Shown here: positions 13,301 to 25,300 of the stretch, piece by piece | How positions within the stretch are numbered: position 1 is the first letter of the stretch | Layout: the number at the start of each line of letters is the position of its first letter | Assembly: GCF_011386835.1 (NCBI RefSeq) | Contig: NC_088802.1 | Span: 57,164,001 to 57,228,000 of the forward strand | Source of the DNA: Chrysemys picta bellii | Taxonomy: Eukaryota | DNA length: 64,000 nt | Direction of reading: 5' to 3' | Notes under the pieces: generated by a model | The model's input: only the letters and a program-made list of their open reading frames with translations | Told to the model about the DNA's origin: nothing | Databases searched by the model: none | Program-made: the position numbers and the translations under genes

Positions 13301-16300
13301 AAGACGATGTTGGGATGGTTACAGGGGCAGCTTTGCCTAGTCTCCGCTGAGAATCCTCAGGTTGGGGGGGAGGAGATTTAACATCTCTCCCTCCCACACC
13401 ATCTTCCCGCCCAGCACTGCAGGCCAGTGGCAAACAGCAGCGATTTAGGGCTTGGTTCATGGTAGTCGCATGGCTCCTTTACTCTGCCAGAGCCAGACTC
13501 CAGGAGTTTGCCAGTGCAGGGGGATTCCTTGGCTGGCTAAGTGCTGCTCCCTCATATGTTGCTGTTGTGACGAAGTGGGACTGTTCTTAATGTTTCCTCT
13601 GAATACTGTGTGGGTGCCTCAGTTTCCCCTATGCATTTCTTAAGTCTTTAGGTGGTGAGGAAAGGCCAGTGTGCATAAATCACTGACACTCTGTCTCCCT
13701 GGCAACAAATGGCCAGGGCCCCTTCCCCCACTGCAAGGAGATAGCTAAAGGTGAACAAAGAGATGAGGTGACCTCCTGGCCCAGGAAAGAGACAAAGCCG
13801 AGAGAAGGAGGGGCTGGAGGGGGTTTCAGAGTTGGAGCTACCTGGGAACTAGGAGTGAGGGCAGACGTGGGTGTCTGGCTCTCTGAACCCCACAATGGAC
13901 CCGGCTGAGGGGTCTCGTTCGCCGCTGTACCTACAAGCTCTGTTTTAGACCGTGTTCCTGTCATCTAATAAACCTCTGTGTTACTGGCTGGCTGAGAGTC
14001 ACGTCTGACTGCGAAGTGGGGGTGCAGAACCCTTTGGCTTCCCCAGGACCCCGCCTGGGCGGACTCGCTGTGGGAAGCGCAAGGAGGGGCATATGCTGAA
14101 TGCTCCCAGGAGAGACCCAGGAGGTGAAGCCATGTGAGCTTCTTGCCCTGAAGACAGTCTGCTCCAAGGGAGAGGAAGCTCCCCAAAGTCCTGACTGGCT
14201 TTGTGGGGAGCAGTTCCAGAGCATCGCCCGGGGACTCCATGACAGCTGTGCTCCAGCTACTGCCAGAAGGCAGCTGGGTGCAAGGTAGGGCAAATGCTGA
14301 GGCTGGTGCCAATACAGTGCAGCCCCACAGGCACCATGAAACCACATCTCCCATCGCCTGGGGTCCAGCACCAAACTCGGGCTGGGCGCAAGGTGTCTTA
14401 GTAAAGTTGGTCTGACAGTAGCACCTAGAAGCCAAGATCAAAGCCCCTCATGCTGAGAGTGCTGGACAGACAGTGAGAGAGGGTCCCTGCCCCAAAGGGC
14501 TCCCAGGCTGAAGAGACAAGACAGGCACAGGGTCCCCTCCCATCTCTGTGCACAGGGTCACCCAGCAAGCTAGTGGCAGAACCAGGAGCAGAACCCAGGA
14601 CTCCTGAGGGCCCTGACAATGGGCCCTTAATCCTCACAGTCCACTGGGAGGTAGGGGAGAGTTCACCCCATTGTATAAATGGGGCACAGGGAGAGGGAAG
14701 CGACTCATCAAGGTCATATGGTCAGTGGCAGAGATTTCCAGTCTCCTGCTTTAATCACTAGACTAGGCTCCTGCCTAGGCCAAATCCACCTGAGGCAGCC
14801 AGAGGGCCCTTGTGGGGAATAGAGGTGGCCGGAGGTCCCAGTTATCCTGTCAGGAACTGGATTGATTGACCACCCCTGGCTTGAGCTGCAGGAACTCAGT
14901 GCTCATAAGGCAGATGCCACTGTTTAATCATTTCATTAGCAGAAATAAATGAACCAATTAGCGAGTGAGATAAGTTACAGGGCCCGGCACTAACTAACAC
15001 TGTCAAGCAGAACCAGCCCCCCCTCCACAGAGACAGCAGCAGCTGCTTCTTAATTACAAGTGGCAGCCCCACTCAGAGAAGGAGCTGGAGTCCAGGCTGC
15101 CAGAAATGGCCCCAGTGTCTCATCACAGTGGCAGGATCCCCAGAACGAGAGCCTGCTGTGCTCAGGTGAGGGGAGCAATGGGCTAGCGGGACCATCCCAC
15201 CCCTCCCGCATGCTGCAGCTTGCCCGTTCGCCACCTGATGCCGGGACAGTGCAGGGTGGGGAGAGCGCTGAGCTCACTGCCCGGTTCCTTACAGCTCCTC
15301 CTGCTGGGAGAGGCTGGGACCGGAATCTATGCAGCCAGTGCTTCTGCGCTGCTCCCTTATGGTGCCTCTTGCTGGGACTCACCAGGGAAGTGCTTTGGAA
15401 GAACACGTTGTTGCAGACAGAGGAGAAAAGCTTCATGCTTTCCAGAAGCCGATTCTGAGGAAGAAGGAAAACTATCTTGAACACCATGGAACTGCAGTGG
15501 ATCAGCAGCAGTGGCCGTGGCCAACGCCAGCCAGCTCCCTGGGGCGGGGAGCACCCCTCTGCTTTCTTCCCCCAGCCCAGGTCCTGACCTCAGCGCCCCC
15601 TTTTGTGCTCTGCTCAGCACCCAGGAGCAAGGGGGCATGCTGGCTGCATTCTCTCGTTAGGAAGGGCCCAGAACTATGCCCGAGGAAGATGGAAGGGGGC
15701 AAACTGCGCAGGCCAGGGGAGAGAAGAGATCTACAGATGGGTAACAAAGGGCTGTGGGCCAGGGCACGAGAAGCCAGCAGCCCGGGGCTGCAGCTGGATC
15801 ACTGGCTTTATGAGAGGGTGCAGCGGAGAAAGGGGGGTTCTGGGCATGGGCAGACCCAGGGGAGGCCGCGGGGAGAACACAGGTGGGATTGGCAGGCTGC
15901 TGTCATGCAGCAGGAATGAGTGTTCACGCCCTGGGAGAGGATCAGCTCAGGCACAGAGTGAGCCCCCGATCGCGCAGCAGGCAGAACACTGGCGCCTTGA
16001 ACACGAGAGAGCCCCGCCCCCCCCCACACTGAGCCTGGCCTTACCAGCGCTGGCTCCTCTGGGAGAGCCTCATCGTATGCACTGAGAGACGCCACAAACA
16101 GCACGGCTCGCATATCCTCGAAGCAGCCAAGCCACTTCCGGCGCTCAGAGCGCTGCCCACCCACATCGTAGAGCCTGCAAGACAGGGCAGAGTACCGTAG
16201 AGGGTCTGCCCAGCAAGGGGCAAACGGCTTCCCCAGGAAGGGGACTGAGCAATAGGTCAGACAGTGAACGGTTAACCCTCCCAGCGCCACCAGGCTGCTC

Positions 16301-19300
16301 AGCATCACTATCCCTACAGAAAGGAGGCATGTGGGAAGGGGCTGCTGCCAGGTCACACTGCCAGGAGTGGAACCCAGGAGTCCTGGCTCCTGGGCCCCTC
16401 TGCTCACCACAAATGCTTCCTCAATGATCTTGAGTGCAATGGTCCTCAACCAGGAGTCTGGGGTCCCCTAGGGGGCCGCGAGCAGGTTTCAGGGGGTCCG
16501 CCAAGCAGGGCCAGCATCAGACTCACTGGGGCCCAGGGCAGAAAGCCAAAGCCCCACCACATGGGGCTGAAGCCCGGGACCCTGAACCCCACCACCCAGG
16601 GCTGAACCCAAAGCCTGAGCAATGTAGCTTTGCAGGGCCCCCTGGCAAATGCCCTGCTTGCTATCCCCAAATGCCAGCCCTGGCTTTTATATGCAGAAAA
16701 CCAGTGATTGTGGCACAAGTGGGCTGTGGAGATTTTATAGCACGTTGGGTGGGCCTCAGAAAGGAAGAGGTTGAGAACCCTGCTTTACTGGATCCACTGC
16801 AAGCACCTAGTGAGCGATGTGCCATTGGGGACGTTCTCAAACCCATCAGACCTACTGCCTACGCCCAGTAACAGCCCCAAACGAACCATCATTCCCCACT
16901 GGAGCCCCAGCCCGGGCCCTCAACAGCAGCCCTCAGCCCCCAGTCCCACCCCACCTGCTCGCTGCTCAGGAGACTTTATGTGGAAAGCAGAGGCTGCCAG
17001 ACGGCAGGCCCCCTGCACCTCCCCGCCCCCATTTACATGGAACCGGCTCTGCAGCCCTGGTGCCCCAGTGGATGAGTGACAAACACGAGTGATCAGTTCC
17101 CTCCAGGTGGCAGTTGATGCTCAAATGAGCCAGTGGAAAATTACTACCAGAATGCAACTGGCAAATTACAGCCCGGTCTGCAGCTCATAAACCTGGCGCC
17201 ATTCCCCGGCGAGCAATTGTGCTCAGAGTCACTGGCGGCACAGGGACAGGCTCTGCCCAGCTCTCCTCTGTTCCAGAGACCAGCACCAACAGGGATGCCA
17301 GCACCTCGGCCTGGCACCTGCCAGCTGGGGACAGCCGGGATGAGAGAGCAGGGAGAGCTTAAAACTGGCATCTGCCGCATTTCCCAAGGGCCTGGCAGCA
17401 GCCATGCCCAGGGCTGTGGGAAAGGGGTGGGGAGCTGAGAGTCGGGCTCACGCCAAGTTATAGCAGCTACTCAAAACAAGAAGAAACTCCCAGCCCGATA
17501 GGGGAGGCACCGTGGCTCAGACCCTCCCACGTGTGGCCCAGGCCGTGTCAGATGCAGCTGCATCTTCCCCCTCCAGTTGTTGGGTTGGTGCCTAAGCCAC
17601 CGCGCCTCACCCCAGGCAGCAGCGCAGAAATAGGGACTGTGCCCTCAGGCAGGGTCTCTGGATGGTCAGACTCAAACCAGCGAATCCAAACAGCTCATTA
17701 CAACAACCACAACCATCCCTGTGCCTCCCAGAGCCCGTCCGTCTGCAGGAGCCCCAACAGTCAGAGGAGTCGAACGCATCTGGCACTCAGCTATGCCACC
17801 TGAGAACAGAGGGAATGGCCCCCAGCCTGAGGGGTCCCCCACAGCAACCCACCAGCCCCAGCGCTCTGCAGCCTGCCCCTGGAGAGCAGATGCCTCGGGC
17901 TGCATTTGAGAACACTGGCCTGCCCCCCGCCCCCGCCCCTCTTGCTGCTTCTGCTGAGGCAGCCAGTGAGGGGGCAGTTAGTGCTGTGTGGGGTGGAGAG
18001 ACAGGCAGAAACCTGCCCATATGGAATTGGGCCTGGATACCACTGCCAGCCCCCAGACCCCAGTGCCAAACACCTCGACTTCGTCAGGTATTCCCCTCCC
18101 CCCGCAACCTCAGCTACTAGAGACATTTTAGGTCTTTATCAAATCAAGCAGGACTCAGAAGCCTTCTGTGTGGGAGGACAGCGCTGCTCAGGGAGGGCAA
18201 GGGAGAGCCACATGCCAGATAAGCCCACACGGGGGGATTAATGGGAAATCGATGGGGCTTTGCTGGTCAGGGCCAGCTTCCCAATTAGCGCAGTCAAGTC
18301 ACTATGGGGAAAGTGTCTGCTTAGCAGGCTGATTTCCTCCGGCCCCACCTCCCCAAGGCTCTGGGTGCTGTCAGGCCAGGCCTGGCCCCTAGTCTCCTCA
18401 CAACTCATCCGGCCACTCCCTACCCAGCGCGTCTCATCCGCTGGCCACACATCTCACCGGAACACCAGGTCCTTGATCCTGAAGTGGGTCTCAACGATGC
18501 CACTTGTGCGCAGTCGGACACGCAGCACGTCGTTTGGCGTGGGCTGGAACTCGGGGTGGACGAGCCGCTCCATGTTCTCAAAGAAACTGGGGAGAGCAGG
18601 GGAGAGATCCTTATAGCCTCTCTCATCTACACCGCATCTTGCCAGAGTCCGTCCACTCCTCCCTAGCCAGCTCCCCCGCCACGGAGCCTGACCAGTGCCT
18701 CTCCTTCACCCAACCAGACTGCCCAGCCCTCCTTTCAGCCCCACATTCTCCCCCTCCCCAGGCATCTCTCAAGGCCTTGAAATGACATCACAAGCTCAGG
18801 AGAGCTCCAGTGCCCAAGCTGTGCCCTACCCCAGTACAGGTGTTTGAGGCAGTTTCACTGACCCAGGGCTGGGCCCCTGAACCCCCCAGGAAAGAAACCA
18901 AGTCAAATCCTTTTCTAACCCCCAGCCAATGGTCCAGGTCTCTCGGCGGTAACAGGCAGCTCCTTCCAAAGCAAAACAGCACACACACACCCCCCAAAGA
19001 GCACGCTTGGCCCCGTGCCCCGGACCACCCTAGGCCCTGCACCGACTCCAGGCCTCCGCAGCTTTAACCAAAAGCAAACACCCAGCAGATGCTGGGGTCC
19101 CTCAGCAGAGCCCCTTCTGCTGCCCATCCCTGCATACACCCCCAAACTGGAAGATGCCGGTTGCCCTTAGGGATCCTGAAGCAGGGAGGCATTGCAGGAC
19201 TGTCCAGCTGAGAACTTAGGGGCCCCCACAAGCCTGGAGCTCACTGGCCAGAAGAGGGGCCTGGGACCAGGGAAATGGAACATCACAGGGCCAAGCTGTG

Positions 19301-22300
19301 GCAGCTTCAGAAGCCAACACGTCCACCCACCCCAGCCCAGCAGGGGTCACCCCCGGACTGGGGCTCACGCGACGCCTGAGGCCGTGGATGAGCAAAGCCC
19401 CAGGATAAGGCTGGAAGAGCAGCTCAACGCCTGGCAGTGTCAGTGGCAGCTCCTCCACGGGAGAGTCACTGAAGCTGCTGGTGCAACCCAGGGCTCCCCC
19501 ACCCCCTCCTCCCCCAGCCCGTCTCGGAAGCAGCACTAAACACGGTGCTGCCGGCGCATTTCCATAATTTCACACGCGCCACAAACGACTCAGCAGCTCC
19601 CGTCGGGCAGTGGTGACACTTTATTGACTCTCCCAATCTCTGCTCTCCTGGGGCTGACAAGTGCACAAAGCGCTTCCCTCCAGCAGCAATAATGTGCTCA
19701 CAATTTCCATACTAATCTCCCCAGCCAGGAGGAGCCATCCCACACCACAGACAGGCTTTCCAAACACTGCTCTGAACAAGAGCCCCATCCCGATCCTCCG
19801 CCCTGGGGGGGCTGACAAGTGGCTGTCCATCCCCCGCCCCCCCACGTTCCTCCGACGTCTTGGGGGAGACATGGTAGTAGTGCTGCTGCCCTCCGTGTGT
19901 CCCAGGCTTCAGCACAGACGTGGCAGCTTCCCAACCCTGTGTCCTTGGCACTGGCTGTAGACAGCACCCCCAGAGCACTGACTGGTGAACAGTTCATGCT
20001 TCCTTCTCCCAGCTTTACTCAGCTCAGGACGCTCTCCCGCAATGGCCTGGCTAGCCAGTAAAAATTACCCTTTAGATCAGGAGCTGTAATTGCTTCCGCG
20101 ATGCCAAGGCAGAGACCCAGGAGCTGCCGTCTCAGGCTGAGACTCTCCTCTTCCCCAGCAGCACCAGCAGAAGGATGCAGCAAAATCTGCCCTTTAATTC
20201 TACTTCCCTGGTCTGGCAGCTTTGGCTGGAGGGCAAAACCAGTCCCAAGCCCCAGGAGAGAAGAGCCTGTCGACAAACACTCAGATCTCTCCATAGCTGT
20301 TACGCAGCCCCAGCTTTCCCCACCCAAAGCTACCCCAGTCCCAGGCGCTCTCAAGCAGGTGGCACTGTAGGAATGGCACAGAACCCTGACTGCAGAATTG
20401 GGGGCAGTTTATATCATGGCCTGTCCCTGCCCCCACAGTAGGAGGCACTGGAGCATTAGTGGGAGTTGGGGAGAACACAGCTATTCTGGTCACAGCCAGG
20501 GGTCCCCTTCCAGGGGCGCCCGGTTATTCTGAGAGCAGGTGCACTGACCTGTGTGTGTTCTGGAAGCCAGGGCCCCACGGGAGCCATATGGTAACTACAA
20601 CTTCCAAGAACATCTCTGAAACAGAAAACAATCAAAGCCCAAACTTGAAATTCATGAGCCTTTCCCCCAATCTAACTCCAAGTTTTCTTCCTCCCCCCAG
20701 GACTTGCAGGCCACAAGCAAACACAAGCACAGAAAAAGAGGGGCCCGGAGGCACTAGGAGACTGAAGAATATAAAATGCAAAAAGATTTCTGCTCAGGAA
20801 TTACAATAAGAGGCCGCGAGGAACTGCAGCTCTGCCAGGCACTGTTTATTCCATCTCATCAAGAGAAGCTGAAGTTCCTGAGCGAACGAGTGATACAAGC
20901 AGTCAGGCACCAAAGCACTGGGGGAGAGCAAAAATTAAATAACATTGACATTTAATAACCATTGCAACTGTTTGGGCCCAGAAGCAGCATCTTTCTATGG
21001 AAATGTTCAGCCGGGGGTAGAATTGCCACTTTTGTTGGGTTGTTTGTATTTAATGACAAACTCGTCTTGAGTCTGACTTTGCAGAGGGAGCCGAGAACTG
21101 ACAGGTCTCACCGTGCCAGGGAACGAATATGGAAATGGGAACACTCCCACCCCAAGACGAACGCTGAGCTCTAGGACGGCCCAAAGTGGCACAGGAGACA
21201 CAACTTGCCCTTTTGGCAGCTTGAGGCAAGAGCAGGCACAAGGCAGCAGCTGATGGATCTGCAGAGGCACCAAGACGTGGCTAGGAGACGAGCGGCAGGT
21301 GTGGTGGTGTCAGACACCAACAACGAGAAAATAAAAGTCCAGAATAAAGCATTGGCCACGTCCAGCCAACCCCCCAGTAACTGCCCCCCGACCAGAGCCA
21401 TCTGCAGCTGCCGCTCTGCTTGAGGCTCTCCAGTCTGCTTCTCTCTCCCAGTGCCACCCCACCACACCACAGGTGGGCAAAGGAGCAGCCCCAGAACCAC
21501 TGCTCTGTGCCCTTAACCCCTCTCCAGCAGGCACATACGCCCCCAGCACAAACAAGCCCAAAGTCCTCCTCGATGGATGGAACCAGCAGAATGCTCCTGC
21601 CTAGCCCCCAACACCCGATCACAGCCCCAAGGGCCTCATTAGCTCAGTTACCAGCGGGGTGGGGCCCCTCCACGACCTCACCCCCCCAGGGGAGGCTGGG
21701 CAGTGGGCCAAGCACAGTGCAATGAGGGGCCCCTTTCTCCCAGGCCCAGGGCTCTGCTCTGCCCAGCGTTGACTAACTGGGTGAGGGAAGCACAAGCTGA
21801 ACTCACGGAGAGATAGAGGCAGCAGAAATCAGGAGAGAAAGCCCCACTCCAGGCTGGGAGGCTGCCGAGAACATCATGGACCAGGAGGGATCCCACCCAC
21901 CCCACTTCTGCCTGGCAGGCTTGGCAGAGACCACAGAGTCTGCAGCAGGCTCTTGTCTTTGTTCTCTCCGGCCGTTGATCCAGCTCTTGTCACTTTACAG
22001 CTGTTACAGCGGGTCCCAAACCACTCCCAACCCTCCACCGACAGGAACACTTTCCCTGCCAAAATGCAGCTGCCCGGGGTAATCTGCGTAGCACAGGAAG
22101 GGAAAGAGGATGTTTTGCTGTGAACACACACAGAGCTGAGGTGGCAGGGGAATGGAGCCAGGCCACCAGGGTAACACTCCTACTGCAGAGGATGATTAAT
22201 GGGCAGGAGGGGCCAGCAGCTCTGAAAGCATTCAGAGCCAGCCACATGGGTCGTCCACCACAGCGGGGCCTGAGCTCCAGGTGCAGCACCCACACAGTGC

Positions 22301-25300
22301 CCATGCACACACAGCTGGCTGCACATGGGGCACACACAGGCTCCCGGAGCTGAGGCCACTGCACATGGGACTGTCACTGCCAACTCCCAGCAGCAAAGGA
22401 ATTCAACAGGCCTGAGTGTTATGGGCTCAAACCCTCCCCCACAAGATCAGCCACACAGCAGGACAGCCACAGAGCAGTGCACTGATGGGGCTGCAGTACT
22501 CACTAGAGTGCAGAGTCATTGAGGCCATATTCGTAGCCTCTCCTGGTTGCTGCTTGCACTCCATCATCAGCCCAGAGGCAGCACAGAGCATCTGACACCC
22601 AGGGAAGCACCATCTGGGTCTCATCCAAACAGTGGCTGCAGGACAGCACGGAGCGGGCATGCACCTAGGACAGGGAGAGAAAGGCCCAGATCAGTTGGGA
22701 ATTGCTGGAGCATCTTGGCTTGGGGCAAGCATGGGAGGGGAGGGCTTCAGAATGGGCCCAAAGCCTCCAGGTCACCCTCTGCTCAGCTCTAGAGAGGACT
22801 GGAGCCTCCTATAGTTCCATCCCCCAAGCCACTCCTGGGACAGACATGTACCTCAGAAGGCTCCGAGCCTGCGCTCACGTGTATGGTGGGGAGGGGGTTC
22901 CTTCCCCATCACAATCCCCTTCTAAAGCTAAAATCTTTCCCACAGTGACAGGTCTCCTGGCTCCAAGAGCAACTGTGTCATGGATGACAGAGTCATTCCT
23001 GAAATGCCAATACAGTGCCTTGGAGATTAATAGTCCACAGACATGTACCCCCCCCCCACCGCAACAGGGAACAGATACACACACACCGCTCCCCCACAAC
23101 GTGGGATGGGGCAGGGGATCTGCACACACAACGGCAATACTGGGTGGCCCCACCCCACTCAGGTAGAGCCTACAAGATCGCTTGCACTTTCCTGCTTTAT
23201 AACGATGATGCGGAGTCTCAGCAGTGAGCTGTTCTAGCGAGCCCCACTTGCCCCCCATCTACCCAAATCTCCACCTTCCCCACTCCCAAACTGCTGCAGT
23301 GACACACTGCACTTTCAATGCAGAGCCCTGCTGCAATCTGACAATCCAGGCAGCATAAAACAAATGCAATTTAATATCATGCTGAACACCACGAACTATT
23401 TTACTCGCTGCATCATTTCGTTTTCTGGTGAATTCAGTAAGGCTTTCCTCCCTCCACTCATCTGAACATGTGCATATCTTCCTGGTTGCCCTGCAGGCCT
23501 GGCTGCGGGAACTGGAGGTGGGGATCACAGACCCCGGAGACTAAGGGGGACAACGGGCATGGGAAGCACCCAGGAGCTGGGCTGGGGACCTGTTGTAAAA
23601 TTTGCAGTAAGAGACCAACAGATCCCTGATCGGGACTAACACTGAAGAGCCACCTCCGCCCCATAACCCCAAATCCACCCCCCCCGCCCCCCCGGGTGCT
23701 GATCAGTACTAGTTCCCTGACACAGACAACCTCTTATAGGTGCTGGAGCTAGGGGAGCTGCCACACCCCCAGCTTGAAGTGGTTCCATCCTATACAGGGT
23801 TTACAGTTCGGTTCAATGGCTCTCAGTCCCCCACTGTACACATTGTTCCCCTGCAACCTTCCTGGGAGATGTGGCTCAGAAAGGAGATGATTGCACAGGT
23901 TATAACTGGGTTAGCCCCACAAAGTAGGGCAGGCAGGAACCACATGGAAGGGGGTCAAATGTGAGTGCACAGAGGGGTTGGACATGAGTAACCCCTGGAA
24001 TCAGTCCCCTGAGTGGAGTTGTGTCCCCTCCCCTGACTCCAGTTCAGCCCTCTAACACTGGGTCCGTGTCCCCTCCTGCAGCAGCCCAGCTACCTGGTTC
24101 TTGCTGTTTGTCAGGTCGATGTGCAGAGTCCCCATGCCGCGCAGAACAAACTTCATGGAGCTGAGCAGATTGTCCAGCACGGCAGGCTGCAGAGAGAGAG
24201 GGAGACGCAGAAGGGACTCATTCTGAGGGCAGGAGAGGAAAGGGAAAACTCGCGAGTGCCAAACGGGAGCCAATGCAGTGGGAGCAGCAAGTGCCCTCCA
24301 GTTCCCAAAGTCCAGATCATCACCACAATCATATGAGATCTGATTCCAGTTAACGCCATTCAGTAACACGGAGTCAGTCCGAGAGGCTCTCTGGCGAATT
24401 AGAGGAATCTGAGCAGGAGTCCAGGGGACAGATAAAGTCAAACTTTTTCATTCCACTAGGAACCAAAAGCTGTTTCCAGAGGTGCTGGGAGAGGTGCTGC
24501 CTGGATTTCCAGCAGTGCCTCTGCCTGGCAGATACACATGAGGTTCCTTATCAGGATAAACGCACGGCCCATAGCACCACTCCCCTCACACAGCAGCTCT
24601 GTTCCAGGGCACTCAGCTCTATCCCTGCCCCAGAACCCCTCTCCCCATCCCAACAGCTGCAGTCTGTTCTCCCCTCTCAGTGGTCACTTGACCATATACA
24701 GACTCAGCTCTTATCGTCTTCATGTTGCTTTCTCTGAATACCTTCAAGTTTGTCAATGTCTTTCTAGTACAGTGGTTCTCAAACTTTTGTACTGGTGACC
24801 CCCTTCCTCTGAGTGTGACCCCGCCCTTATAAATTAAAAACACGTTTTTATATATTTAACACCATTATAAATGCTGGAGGCAAAGTGGGGTTTGGGGTGG
24901 AGGCTGACAGCTCACTACCCCCCATGGAATAACCTCGTGACCCCCAAGGGGTCCCATTTGAGAACCCCTGTTCTAGTACTTTAGTTCTTGGAATTGAACC
25001 CAGCATTCCTGGGGTGTGGACGTCTCGCCAGAGTGAGGAACTGTTCCCTCCAGGCTTTGGGACATGAGGCCTCTGGCATCCAGAGACCCAGAGCTGAGTG
25101 CAAGATCCAGGTCTCCCCCGCAGAGCTGCACATATGCCTGCATTTTCCAGAGTGACTCATCCTTTGGATGCAAGAGGGAGGCCCTTGGAGGGGCCTGGCT
25201 TTCCGAGAGGGGTGCTCAGAGCTTCCTGAACATCTTTAAGGTGACTCAAGCTGGCCCACAAATCACTAGGAAATTTGAAGACACAGGCCATAGATGTTGA

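Noticed and set aside
21205-21423. Plus-strand ORF in GNAV1 intron 4 suggesting a nested gene
   Set aside because: No recognisable homology, no convincing splice partners and no promoter.
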